Shown here: positions 1-9,764 of the stretch, in pieces
Layout of the letters: the number at the start of each line of letters is the position of its first letter
How positions within the stretch are numbered: position 1 is the first letter of the stretch
Source: an uncultured Eubacterium sp.
GTDB taxonomy: Bacteria > Bacillota > Clostridia > Lachnospirales > CAG-274
NCBI GenBank assembly: GCA_900543365.1
Contig: UQRG01000001.1
Coordinates: 1 to 60,885 of the forward strand
Direction: 5' to 3'
DNA: 60,885 bases
Notes under the pieces: model-generated
The model's input: only the letters and a program-made list of their open reading frames with translations
What the model was told of the DNA's origin: nothing
Databases searched by the model: none
Position numbers and translations under genes: made by a program

Positions 1-744
1 CATATACATATTCCCGCACTTAAATTTACAATGTTTCTTAATCATACCAACAGGAGTATTCCCACCTATTTCAGTTACCTCAATAGTATCCACTTTTAAA
101 AATTCACAAATAGAATTAAGTAAAATTTCCTTATCTCTAGTGTTAAGATACATTAATTCTTCAACTTTGTCAGAAACAACAGCATAAGCATTATTATAAC
201 ATAATATCTTACCACCAAGAGCTTTATACATATTTAACTGAATATTCCAATATTCGCCACTTCTTGTTACATCACCAGTATAGATTTGAGAAAGTTTTTT
301 AACCTCACTACACTCCTCTATTACTGCAATTTTGCCAGTTGATTTATGAGTATATTTATTAGCATAAAAACAAGTTTCATAACCTAAATTACCATAAAAA
401 TCATAGAGAGGCTTATTAGCAGGTATAAGAATTGATGCTTTCACATTATTTTTAACATCAATTTCAAAAGACTTTTTTAGTAGTTGACTCATTAATCCCT
501 GTTTTCTATATTGAGGATTTGTAGCAGCACCATATATATAAGTCACCTTGCCGATATTTTTTAATTCATAAGGCATCATTTGAGCCATAGAAACAACCTT
601 ATTATCTTTAATCATAACAATAGTATTTTTAAAATCAAATATATTTTCAAAAAAATACTCATTAAAATCTGGTTCTTCAGGAAAGGCAATATTCCAAAGC
701 TCCTTAATATTAGATACATCCTCTTTATTTGCAAATCTTATCAT
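1..744 (-). CDS. GNAT-family (Eis-like) N-acetyltransferase, C-terminal end cut by the window edge
   Basis: Absent from the ORF track because it runs off the window. ATG at 744-742 (minus), and the frame stays open to base 1 (248 codons, MIRFANKEDVSNIKELWNIAFPEEPDFN...). Acetyl-CoA loop-like 'YRKQGLMSQLL'. The start overlaps the stop of the upstream ORF (ATGA, 744-741). Confidence 0.7.
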   Translation of the reverse strand, partial: MIRFANKEDVSNIKELWNIAFPEEPDFNEYFFENIFDFKNTIVMIKDNKVVSMAQMMPYELKNIGKVTYIYGAATNPQYRKQGLMSQLLKKSFEIDVKNNVKASILIPANKPLYDFYGNLGYETCFYANKYTHKSTGKIAVIEECSEVKKLSQIYTGDVTRSGEYWNIQLNMYKALGGKILCYNNAYAVVSDKVEELMYLNTRDKEILLNSICEFLKVDTIEVTEIGGNTPVGMIKKHCKFKCGNMYM

Positions 745-1622
745 TTTAACCTGCCTATATAATTAAGAGTAGTAAATTCAGGATAATATGATTCTTTTGC
801 CTTTCTTAAACCTTCTATACCCAAATCTTCTTCTCTGTCTACATATTTTACATCTTTACAACTATTTAAAACAAATTGCTGATTTATAACTTGATATGCT
901 CCATTTATATTATGGTCAGCCTTTTCAATATGCACAATCATAGTATCATCAAAAGATTTAGAACCTAATGTTACAGCAACAATTCTTCCATCAATTCTCA
1001 AGATACCACCAACAATGCCTAGTTCCTTATAATTTTTAAGTGCTGTAGATGCAGCACAAAGTTCACCTAAAAATTGATTATCCAAATCACACCAATCTAA
1101 TTGATAGCTAAAGAATTCTCTTACATTTTCATCATTAAGTTCTTCGTAAGACCATCTTCCTTCGTATTCCTTATAAAACTTATTAGTATGATTTTTCTTC
1201 TTATGCAGTTTTTTACCTGAAAGAGCAGCAAGTTTTTCTGCCAAGTAAACATAATCTGCATTAGCTCTATTTTCTTCAAACTTAAATTTATCTGGAAAAT
1301 ATTTTTCCAGTTTTTCTTTTTGTTCCTTATATATTGATACAAGTATCCAAGGTTCATTTTGATTTTTAACAAAATCAATAAGTGTATTAACCGCACTAAC
1401 AAAATCTCCGTTGCCCTCAGGTACAGTATAAGAACGAACCCCATCATCACCATTACTTCTTAAGTATATAAAATCATTATATATAGCAAATTGAGTATTG
1501 TAATGCTTACTCCATATAAATAAATCAGTAAAACAATATTCACATAAAAAGTGATTTTCTTTTTTATAATATTTTTCGATTAGTGCTTTGTCCTTAATTT
1601 CTATTGGCTTAAATTCCAACAT
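741..1622 (-). CDS. DUF2156-family protein (stand-alone homologue of the MprF/LysX C-terminal aminoacyl-transferase domain)
   Basis: 293-aa ORF with ATG at 1622-1620. Family-typical strings recalled from memory: 'LSGKKLHKKKNHTNKF', 'VHIEKADHNINGAYQVINQQF', 'VDREEDLGIEGLRKAKESYYP'. The TGA stop overlaps the next ATG. Confidence 0.75.
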   Translation of the reverse strand: MLEFKPIEIKDKALIEKYYKKENHFLCEYCFTDLFIWSKHYNTQFAIYNDFIYLRSNGDDGVRSYTVPEGNGDFVSAVNTLIDFVKNQNEPWILVSIYKEQKEKLEKYFPDKFKFEENRANADYVYLAEKLAALSGKKLHKKKNHTNKFYKEYEGRWSYEELNDENVREFFSYQLDWCDLDNQFLGELCAASTALKNYKELGIVGGILRIDGRIVAVTLGSKSFDDTMIVHIEKADHNINGAYQVINQQFVLNSCKDVKYVDREEDLGIEGLRKAKESYYPEFTTLNYIGRLK

Positions 1623-1654
1623 ATATCTATTCCTTCATTTCTCTGTTTAGTTTT

Positions 1655-3409
1655 TTACACCATTTTGTCAAATTGGTCAATTTCATTAATTATTTGATTA
1701 ATACCTGTCAACCAAAATTCTTTACTATAAAGGTCAATTTCAGCTATTTTAACCACATCACTTAGTAACATTGTACTTGATAAAGAAAGAAAATTGTCAT
1801 AAAGATTCAAAAAGTCCTTACCCATTTTTTTATAAAGACTATAAAGTCCCTTAGAAAGTAGTGCACCAAAAGCATAAGGGAAATTGTAATAATTAAATTC
1901 ACTATCATAATAATGAGGTTTGCAAATCCACATATATTTGTGTAAATATTTTTCATCAAGCCCTTTTCCATAAGCCTTTTTTTGAGCAGACATCATTAAA
2001 TCATTTAACTCATTAACAGAAAGAGTACCATTTTTTCTACAATTAAAAACAGAATCTTCAAACAAAAATCTTGAATAAATATCTACTATACACTGTGTAA
2101 GTCCCATAATATCATTTTCAAGTATATTTATCTTTTCATTTTCATCGGCTAACTTTAAAGCCTCATTTACAACAATACTTTCGCAAAATGTAGATGCAGT
2201 TTCTGCAATAGGCATAGGATAAAAACTATTTATTTCGCTTAAATTAAAAAGTTTTGTATTATGAAAAGCGTGACCTAACTCGTGAGCCATAGTTACAACA
2301 TCATCAAAAGCTCCACCAAAGTTTAAAAGTATTCTACTTTCACTAATTGAATGTATAGTTTCACAATAAGCTCCTCCAACCTTACCCTTTTTAGGCATAA
2401 TATCAAGCCAACGATTTTCAAAGGCTAACTTAGCAAAATTCCCTAAATCTTCACTAAAGCTATAAAAACACCTCAACACAAATTCCTTTGCCTCATCAAC
2501 TGTATATTCCTTATGACTTTTTACAACTGGTGCAAAAAGGTCATAAAAAGGAAGTGCACCATTGTGACCTAAAGCCCTAGCTTTAATAATAAAATAGTTT
2601 TGCAACTTATCAAGACTTTCTTCTATAGCTCCAAACATTGCCCTTAAAATATCATTATCTATTCTTGATTCAATTAATGTCATATCAAGAGGTGACTTGT
2701 AACCTCTCATATTAGAAAGAGTAATTACTTCACCCTTAATACCATTCATACAAAAAGCTACTGGATTTTCAATTTTACTATATGCCTTTAATTCTGCCTC
2801 ATAAGCCGATTTTCTCACCTTACCAGATTTGTCATAAGCCAAATTTCTAGCTTGTGACAAAGGTATTTCTTCATTATTATAATCAACCATTAATGTTGAA
2901 GTTAACTGATTCCACTGTTTTTCCCATAAAAGAGAACCTGTATTTTTCATTTTAGAAATAATTGCTTCTTCAGCCGAACTAAGGGTATAATTACCTTTAT
3001 TCTTAATCTCACTTAAATAAAAACTATGCTCCTTTAACAAAGAACTATTTTCTATTAATTGGTCTAAATTATCTATATTTTTAACAAAATCAACAATAGC
3101 TGTATTTTGATAAGATGTTTCAGATTCAATGCCTTCAATAATATCTATTGCCTTGCTAATTTCACTATTAGTAGTATCTGTAGTTTGTGCTAAATTGGCA
3201 TATATTATAAGTTTGTTATAAGACATAACTTTGTTTTTTAATACAATATATTTTTCAAGTTTATTTTGTGCATTATCAGTTGTAACCAAATTAACTTTAC
3301 ACCAATTATTAAAATCTTCTACAGCTTTTTTATACTCTTTAGTATCCCTCTTAAACTCTTCTGAACTTACACTTTTATATATATTATCTAAATTCCAGTC
3401 AGTATTCAT
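1655..3409 (-). CDS. pepF: M3B-family oligoendopeptidase F
   Basis: Zinc motif 'HELGHAFH', length about 585 aa, and PepF-like N-terminal helical region. The track start at 3412 is GTG. ATG at 3409 sits 7 nt after GGAGG, so I prefer 3409. Confidence 0.9.
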   Translation of the reverse strand: MNTDWNLDNIYKSVSSEEFKRDTKEYKKAVEDFNNWCKVNLVTTDNAQNKLEKYIVLKNKVMSYNKLIIYANLAQTTDTTNSEISKAIDIIEGIESETSYQNTAIVDFVKNIDNLDQLIENSSLLKEHSFYLSEIKNKGNYTLSSAEEAIISKMKNTGSLLWEKQWNQLTSTLMVDYNNEEIPLSQARNLAYDKSGKVRKSAYEAELKAYSKIENPVAFCMNGIKGEVITLSNMRGYKSPLDMTLIESRIDNDILRAMFGAIEESLDKLQNYFIIKARALGHNGALPFYDLFAPVVKSHKEYTVDEAKEFVLRCFYSFSEDLGNFAKLAFENRWLDIMPKKGKVGGAYCETIHSISESRILLNFGGAFDDVVTMAHELGHAFHNTKLFNLSEINSFYPMPIAETASTFCESIVVNEALKLADENEKINILENDIMGLTQCIVDIYSRFLFEDSVFNCRKNGTLSVNELNDLMMSAQKKAYGKGLDEKYLHKYMWICKPHYYDSEFNYYNFPYAFGALLSKGLYSLYKKMGKDFLNLYDNFLSLSSTMLLSDVVKIAEIDLYSKEFWLTGINQIINEIDQFDKMV

Positions 3410-3553
3410 CACTATTCCTCCATTTCATAAGTTATATTAATTCTCTCTACGAAATATTTTACTACATTTATTGTTTTTATACTAGCTTTATTTTTAATTA
3501 TGGTTTATAATAAATATAAGGTATTATTTTTAAAGAGAAGGGATGTGCTATTT

Positions 3554-5767
3554 ATGCTTACCACATTAAATATGCTAGAAATGCAACTAATAATTACAGC
3601 TTCACACGGTGACCCTCATACTGTCCTTGGTATGCACGAAATGACTATTGACAACAAAGCTTGTTTAGTTGTAAGAGCTTTTATACCACAAGCTAAATCT
3701 ATAACTATTATAGACGACAAAAAAACAGACAAAACATTTAAAATGGAAAAAATACATATGGATGGATTTTTTGAATGTATTATTAAATCCAGAAAAAAAT
3801 GGTTTAAATATCAACTTGAAATTGAGGACTATGAAGGTCATAGTTGGACAACTTATGACCCATACTCATTTGCTCCTGGTATAGGTGAACAAGATGTTTA
3901 CCTTTTCAATCAAGGTACACACTACGAAATTTACAACAAATTAGGTGCAAATCCTACAGTTATTGACGGTGTCAAAGGTGTATTATTTGGTGTTTGGGCT
4001 CCTAATGCAAAAAGAGTTAGTGTAATTGGTGAATTTAACAATTGGGACGGCAGAAGAAATGCTATGCGTCTTTTAGGTACTTCTGGTATATGGGAAATAT
4101 TTATACCCGGACTTCAAAACTGTGATAAATACAAATTTGAAATAAAAACTACAAGTGGTGAATTAATACAAAAATCTGACCCTTATGGCAAATTTGCAGA
4201 ACTTAGACCTAGTACTACATCTCTTGTATATGATATTAACAATTACAAATGGAAGGATAGTAAGTGGTATAAGCACCTTGACAAATCCGACAAATACAAT
4301 GTTCCTATGAATATTTACGAAGTACACTTAGGTTCTTGGAAAAGAGTTGAAGATGAAGATAACAGATTTTTAAGTTATTTAGAACTTGCTAATGAACTTA
4401 TACCTTATGTTAAAGAAATGGGTTATACTCATATTGAAATTTTGCCTATTGAGGAACATCCTTTTGACGGTAGCTGGGGATATCAGGTTACAGGTTACTA
4501 TGCACCAACAAGTCGTTATGGCAATCCTGATGAGTTTATGACCTTTGTTGATAAGTGTCATCAAGCTGGTATTGGTATAATTCTTGATTGGGTTCCTGCA
4601 CATTTTCCAAAAGACGCCCACGGTCTTGCTAAATTTGACGGTACTGCTCTTTATGAACATCAAAATCCTAAACAAGGAGAACATCCAGAATGGGGAACTC
4701 TTATATTTAATTACGGCAGAAATGAAGTTAAAAACTTCCTTATTGCTAATGCCCTTTATTGGATTGAAAAGTTCCATATTGATGGTTTAAGAGTTGATGC
4801 CGTTGCCTCTATGCTCTATCTTGATTATTGCAAAAAAGACGGAGAATGGATACCTAACAAGTATGGTGGCAGAGAAAACCTTGATGCTGTAGAATTTATG
4901 AAACATATGAATTCTGTAATAACAAGCAAGCACCCTAATGTACATATGATAGCAGAAGAGTCTACATCTTGGCCAGGAGTTACTACACCAGCTCAAGAAG
5001 ATGGCTTAGGCTTTACTCTAAAGTGGAATATGGGATGGATGAATGATTTTCTTGAATATGTTGAACTTGATCCAATTTATAAAAAATATCATCATTACAA
5101 TATGACATTTGCATCAACTTATGCTTACAGTGAAAAATTTGTACTTGTATTAAGTCACGATGAAGTTGTACACGGCAAAAAATCTATGCTTGACAAAATG
5201 CCTGGCGACTTGTGGCAGAAGTTTGCTAACTTAAGAGTAGCTTATGGTTTTGCTATGGCTCACCCAGGTAAAAAGCTCTTATTTATGGGTGGTGAATTTG
5301 GTCAATTCATTGAGTGGAATGAAAAACGACCTTTAGATTGGTTTTTACTTGAATATGACCACCATCAGCAAACTCTTGATTTTGTAAAAGAATTAAATCA
5401 TCTTTACCTTGATAACAACGCCCTTTGGGAAAAGGATTTTGATGGCTTTGGCTTTGAGTGGATTGATGCCGATGATAAGGATAGAAGTATTTATTCATTT
5501 ATTAGACGAGGAGAAACTAAAGAAGATACTTTAGTTGTTGTGTGTAACTTTACTCCTAATGCTGATGAAGAATTTAGAGTTGCCGTTCCATTTGAAGGTA
5601 CTTGGAAAGAAATTTTAAATAGTGATGATACTCGTTTTGGTGGTAGTGGTGTTATAAATACAACTCCTGCTAAGTCAGAAAAAATTGAGTGTAATCATAG
5701 AGAAAACAGCATTGGTTTACGACTTGCTCCACTTTCTGTTACAATTTTAAAGTGCATTGAAGATTAA
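3554..5767 (+). CDS. glgB: 1,4-alpha-glucan branching enzyme
   Basis: GH13 signatures 'GIGIILDWVPAHF', 'IDGLRVDAVASMLY', 'MIAEESTSWPG', 'LSHDEVVHGK'. N-terminal 'HGDPHTVLGMHE' is typical of GlgB. The start is ambiguous (3500, 3554, 3572 or 3581). 3554 follows a GAAGGGA purine run. Confidence 0.92.
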   Translation: MLTTLNMLEMQLIITASHGDPHTVLGMHEMTIDNKACLVVRAFIPQAKSITIIDDKKTDKTFKMEKIHMDGFFECIIKSRKKWFKYQLEIEDYEGHSWTTYDPYSFAPGIGEQDVYLFNQGTHYEIYNKLGANPTVIDGVKGVLFGVWAPNAKRVSVIGEFNNWDGRRNAMRLLGTSGIWEIFIPGLQNCDKYKFEIKTTSGELIQKSDPYGKFAELRPSTTSLVYDINNYKWKDSKWYKHLDKSDKYNVPMNIYEVHLGSWKRVEDEDNRFLSYLELANELIPYVKEMGYTHIEILPIEEHPFDGSWGYQVTGYYAPTSRYGNPDEFMTFVDKCHQAGIGIILDWVPAHFPKDAHGLAKFDGTALYEHQNPKQGEHPEWGTLIFNYGRNEVKNFLIANALYWIEKFHIDGLRVDAVASMLYLDYCKKDGEWIPNKYGGRENLDAVEFMKHMNSVITSKHPNVHMIAEESTSWPGVTTPAQEDGLGFTLKWNMGWMNDFLEYVELDPIYKKYHHYNMTFASTYAYSEKFVLVLSHDEVVHGKKSMLDKMPGDLWQKFANLRVAYGFAMAHPGKKLLFMGGEFGQFIEWNEKRPLDWFLLEYDHHQQTLDFVKELNHLYLDNNALWEKDFDGFGFEWIDADDKDRSIYSFIRRGETKEDTLVVVCNFTPNADEEFRVAVPFEGTWKEILNSDDTRFGGSGVINTTPAKSEKIECNHRENSIGLRLAPLSVTILKCIED

Positions 5768-5772
5768 TGTAT

Positions 5773-5805
5773 TCACCCCACAAAAAATATTGTGGGGTGA
5801 TTTTT
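5773..5805 (+). terminator. Rho-independent terminator after glgB
   Basis: Perfect 10-bp stem TCACCCCACA / TGTGGGGTGA (5773-5782 / 5791-5800) followed by TTTTT. Confidence 0.85.
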
Positions 5806-5881
5806 AATATAAATACAAATTTTAGTTATAACACAAACAATAATATAATATACTAAATTATATTTAAGGGAGGTTTGTGTA

Positions 5882-7432
5882 ATGAATTATATAACTAACA
5901 AAATAATTGCTGACAAAATAGTAGGCTGTGAAAAAGCTCAAATTATACAAGAAGGCGAAGTTGTATTAAATGAAGGACAGCCAGATATTGAAACAATTCT
6001 AAAGTGCGATAGTAGAATAATATGTGAGGATTCTAAAGCAGAGGAAAACCGTTTAAGCTACAAAGGCAGATTAATAATAAATATTCTCTATTGTGGTAAG
6101 GACAAGAATGTACATAATATTTCAACAGAAGTACCTATTAATGACTTTATTAATATTGATGATGCCAATAACAAAATGTTTACCTCTGTCTATATGTCCA
6201 TTTCTAATGTTGAATGCAAAAAACTTAATGATAGAAAAGTTGGATATAAAATTATGTCAGAAGTGAAAGGTACTATAACAGATACCGCAGAAATTGAAGC
6301 AATAACAGATATTTATGATATACCAAAAGAACAACAAATAACTAACACAATTACAACAACTAAAACTTTATGCCACAAAAGTGGTAGCTTTACATTAAAC
6401 GAAGATATAACATTGCCAGCAACAAAACTTTCTATTGAGGAAATATTAAGTGTAGACTGCAATATTACAAATACCGAATTTAAACCACAAGATGATATTG
6501 TTAACGCTAGTGGTGATGTATCTATTACTATGCTTTACACAAGTACAGAAGGTGGTTTTCCTGAAATTTATGAGTTTGATATTCCTTTTAATATTGCTCT
6601 TGATGCAGAAAATACTGAACCTTCAAGCAATGAAGATATAAACCTTTTTGTAAAAGATTGTTATTACAATGTATCAGAAAATGATGATGGCGAACCTAAA
6701 ATAATAAATATCGAAATAAATATTGGTACTAATATTCATACATCTCAAGTTGAAGAAAATGAAATTCTTGGCGATGCTTATGCACTTAATAACAACATAG
6801 CTTTTGATACAACAACCCTTTGTTATTCAAATGTTGTATGTAGAAACAGAGGACAATGCCCAGTTAAAGAAGTTGTAACCCTTGATAAAAAAAATCCTGA
6901 TATGTTACAAATTTTTAGAGCCACTGGTACAGCCTTTGTTGACGATGTAAACATATATGAAAATAAAATTGTAGTTGAAGGTGCTATAAACATAGATATA
7001 ATGTATATTACAGGCAATGATGATATGCCTATTGCAAGCCACTCTGATTCAATACCTTTTAATCAAACAATAGATGCCAGAGGTGCTATGGAAGGAATGG
7101 AAGCTGATATAAATGCTAATATTGCCCATATAGGCTTTAATATGCTTTCCGATAGAGAAGTAGAAGTTAGATGTGCTTTGAACACTAATACAGTAGTAAG
7201 AGATAAAAAATGTATAAATATTATTACTGATACTATTATTACACCTCTTTTGCCTGAAATAATTGATAAAATACCTAGCATAGCTATTTATGTAGTAAAA
7301 AAAGGGGATACTCTTTGGAAACTTGCAAAAAAATTTAATACAACAGTTAATGATATTGCTACAATTAATAATATTGAAAATCCTGATTTAATTTATCCTA
7401 ATCAAAAGCTAATTATTGTCAAAAAGGGATAA
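5882..7432 (+). CDS. SipL/SpoVID-like spore-morphogenesis protein (DUF3794-type repeats + C-terminal LysM)
   Basis: 516 aa. C-terminal LysM 'YVVKKGDTLWKLAKKFNTTVNDIATINNIENPDLIYPNQKLII'. The long beta-rich N-terminal region resembles DUF3794/SPOCS proteins, and the architecture and size match clostridial SipL as I recall it. GGGAGG RBS upstream. Confidence 0.65.
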   Translation: MNYITNKIIADKIVGCEKAQIIQEGEVVLNEGQPDIETILKCDSRIICEDSKAEENRLSYKGRLIINILYCGKDKNVHNISTEVPINDFINIDDANNKMFTSVYMSISNVECKKLNDRKVGYKIMSEVKGTITDTAEIEAITDIYDIPKEQQITNTITTTKTLCHKSGSFTLNEDITLPATKLSIEEILSVDCNITNTEFKPQDDIVNASGDVSITMLYTSTEGGFPEIYEFDIPFNIALDAENTEPSSNEDINLFVKDCYYNVSENDDGEPKIINIEINIGTNIHTSQVEENEILGDAYALNNNIAFDTTTLCYSNVVCRNRGQCPVKEVVTLDKKNPDMLQIFRATGTAFVDDVNIYENKIVVEGAINIDIMYITGNDDMPIASHSDSIPFNQTIDARGAMEGMEADINANIAHIGFNMLSDREVEVRCALNTNTVVRDKKCINIITDTIITPLLPEIIDKIPSIAIYVVKKGDTLWKLAKKFNTTVNDIATINNIENPDLIYPNQKLIIVKKG

Positions 7433-7563
7433 GGAAATTAAAGTTAATAATTTCTTATAACAAATAATCAGTATACTATTTATAATGTAAATCCTATTTA
7501 ACTAAAAGATTTATCAATATTTTCGACATACAAACTGCTATAATTAATTTACATTAAATAAAA

Positions 7564-7590
7564 AACTGCCACAAATGTGACAGTTTTTTT
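7564..7590. terminator. Bidirectional hairpin terminator (accA side and sipL-like side)
   Basis: Hairpin AACTG(C)CAC-AAAT-GTG(A)CAGTT flanked by an A-run (7556-7565) and a T-run (7584-7590). It lies immediately 3' of the accA stop. Confidence 0.7.
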
Positions 7591-7591
7591 A

Positions 7592-8386
7592 TTACTCTGT
7601 AAACTCACCAAATTTTCTAAATCTTTCATATCTTTCAGCAAGTAAAGTATCAATATCCTTATTACATAAAAGTGCAATTTCTGTTTCAAGCTTACCCTTT
7701 AAAAGATTAGCTGTAAAGCCAAAGTCATTTTGACAACCACCATCAACTTCTTTAATAACCTTTTCAACAACATTAAGTTTAAGAAGGTCATCAGCAGTAA
7801 TTTTCATTACATCAGCAGCCTCTTTAGCTCTCTTAGGGTCTTTCCAAAGAATACTAGCAAAGCCTTCAGGAGAAAGAACCGCATAAATAGAATTTTCAAG
7901 CATCCATACTCTGTCAGTTACAGCAAGGGCAAGAGCACCACCACTGCCGCCTTCGCCAATAAATACAGAAATTGTAGGAACCTTTAACACAGCCATTTCC
8001 ATAAGGTTTCTGGCAATAGCCTCACCTTGACCTCTTTCCTCGGCTCCCACACCCGGATAAGCACCGCTGGTGTTAATAAAGTTAATAACAGGTCTATTGA
8101 ATTTTTCAGCCTGCTTCATAAGTCTTAAGGCTTTTCTATAACCCTCTGGATGAGGCTGACCAAAGTTCCTTTCAATATTTTCTTCCATAGTCTTACCTTT
8201 TTGAATACCAATAACAGTAACCGGTGTATGACCAAGGAAAGCAATACCACCTACAATAGCCTCGTCATCTCTAAAGTTTCTATCTCCGTGGAACTCTAAA
8301 AATTCATCAAAAATGTGTTCTATATAATCAAGGGCAGTAGGTCTTGATACCTTTCTGGCAATTTTTACCTTATCATAAGCTGGCAT
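7592..8386 (-). CDS. accA: Acetyl-CoA carboxylase carboxyltransferase alpha subunit
   Basis: 'GFMGGS'-class CT fold: '[23 protein letters not shown]', '[10 protein letters not shown]'. The ATG shares one base with the accD stop (TAATG). Confidence 0.93.
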   Translation of the reverse strand: MPAYDKVKIARKVSRPTALDYIEHIFDEFLEFHGDRNFRDDEAIVGGIAFLGHTPVTVIGIQKGKTMEENIERNFGQPHPEGYRKALRLMKQAEKFNRPVINFINTSGAYPGVGAEERGQGEAIARNLMEMAVLKVPTISVFIGEGGSGGALALAVTDRVWMLENSIYAVLSPEGFASILWKDPKRAKEAADVMKITADDLLKLNVVEKVIKEVDGGCQNDFGFTANLLKGKLETEIALLCNKDIDTLLAERYERFRKFGEFTE

Positions 8387-9324
8387 TATTCTTCACCTAC
8401 TTTCTTAACATTGTGAAGTTTAAGAATTCTCTTCAAAACTCCAGGAAGTTTTTCTCTTTCAACAATAGCATCTACAAAGCCGTGTTCAAGTAAAAATTCT
8501 GATGTCTGGAATTCATCAGGAAGTTTCTGCTTAATAGTACCTTCAATAACTCGTCTGCCTGCAAAACCGACAGCAGCCTTAGGCTCTGAAAGTATAATAT
8601 CACCAAGCATAGCATAACTTGCAGTGACACCACCATAGGTCGGGTCAGTAAGAACCGTAATATAGAGAAGTCCTGCCTGAGAATGCTTGGCAACTGCAGC
8701 ACTTACCTTAGACATCTGCATAAGAGAAATAATACCCTCCTGCATTCTTGCACCACCAGAACAAGTAAATACTATAATAGCCATTTTATTATTAGTAGCA
8801 TACTCAAAAGCTCTGGTAATCTTTTCACCTACTACTGAGCCAAGAGAACCCATCATAAAGCCACTATCCATAACAGCGATAACACAAGGTCTACCACCAA
8901 TAGTACACTTACCAGTCTTTACAGCATCCTTAAGACCTGTTTTTTCCTGTAAGCTTTTAACCTTAGATATATAATCTGGGAAGTTAAGTGGATTTTTAGA
9001 CTCCATATTAACATCAAATTCTTCAAAGCTATCTTTATCTACAATATATTTAATCCTATCTTTAGCATTCATTCTAAAAAGTTTAGCACACTTAGGACAA
9101 ATTCTAAGTTTACCTAATGCTCTTTTTTCCATAATGTTGCCACAAGATGGACACTTAATGCAACCTTCTGGTATTTCTTCCTTTTTAGGAGAAGGAGTTT
9201 CCTCCTTTTTTTCTTCTTTCTTATTCTTTTTAGGCACTGTATCCTTTATTGCCTCAACCTTATCCTTAAGGCTATCAACACTTATTTTTTCAATGCCTGA
9301 CTTAATATTTTCAAATAATTTCAT
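8386..9324 (-). CDS. accD: Acetyl-CoA carboxylase carboxyltransferase beta subunit, with a K/E-rich N-terminal insertion
   Basis: Zinc ribbon 'CPSCGNIM...CPKCAKLF', '[16 protein letters not shown]', 'SGGARMQEG'. About 30 extra Lys/Glu-rich residues lie between the N-terminal helix and the 'IPEG' motif. Confidence 0.93.
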   Translation of the reverse strand: MKLFENIKSGIEKISVDSLKDKVEAIKDTVPKKNKKEEKKEETPSPKKEEIPEGCIKCPSCGNIMEKRALGKLRICPKCAKLFRMNAKDRIKYIVDKDSFEEFDVNMESKNPLNFPDYISKVKSLQEKTGLKDAVKTGKCTIGGRPCVIAVMDSGFMMGSLGSVVGEKITRAFEYATNNKMAIIVFTCSGGARMQEGIISLMQMSKVSAAVAKHSQAGLLYITVLTDPTYGGVTASYAMLGDIILSEPKAAVGFAGRRVIEGTIKQKLPDEFQTSEFLLEHGFVDAIVEREKLPGVLKRILKLHNVKKVGEE

Positions 9325-9337
9325 TTAAAGCACCTCA

Positions 9338-9760
9338 TCAGCCAATCATAAATGTAAGCTCGCCTTCAGCAACCTTTTTGTCACCAACATAAGCAATACC
9401 CTTACCAATACCTGCGTTACGCTTAATCTTAATCATTTCAACTTCAAGGCGTAATGTGTCACCAGGAACAACCTTACCTCTAAACTTAGCCTTGTCAATA
9501 CCGCCAAAAAAAGCAATTTTACTCTTAAATTCTTCCATAGAAAGCATTGCAACAGCTCCAGTCTGAGCGAGAGCCTCAATAATAAGTACACCAGGCATTA
9601 CTGGTTCTTGTGGAAAATGCCCTTGAAAGAAAGGTTCATTCATAGTTACATTTTTGAGAGCTACACACTTTTTGCCTTCCTCCATTTCAAGAACTCTATC
9701 AATTAACAAGAATGGATGTCTATGGGGCAAAATATTCATAATTTCCTTAATATCCATCAT
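9338..9760 (-). CDS. fabZ: 3-hydroxyacyl-ACP dehydratase
   Basis: '[13 protein letters not shown]', '[23 protein letters not shown]'. 140 aa. Confidence 0.95.
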   Translation of the reverse strand: MMDIKEIMNILPHRHPFLLIDRVLEMEEGKKCVALKNVTMNEPFFQGHFPQEPVMPGVLIIEALAQTGAVAMLSMEEFKSKIAFFGGIDKAKFRGKVVPGDTLRLEVEMIKIKRNAGIGKGIAYVGDKKVAEGELTFMIG

Positions 9761-9764
9761 TATA

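Noticed and set aside
1121-1453. Alternate-frame or antisense ORFs of 60-132 aa embedded in well-supported genes. Examples: 1121-1453, 4379-4777, 8687-8974, 17366-17680, 27631-27975, 31110-31493, 31683-32021, 35893-36180, 37954-38337, 40451-40768, 44047-44379, 47437-47787.
   Set aside because: Each lies wholly inside a gene with strong family motifs. They have Leu/Ile/Phe/Ser/Lys-rich low-complexity translations typical of off-frame AT-rich DNA, and no RBS. Several appear to rely on alternative start codons in the track.
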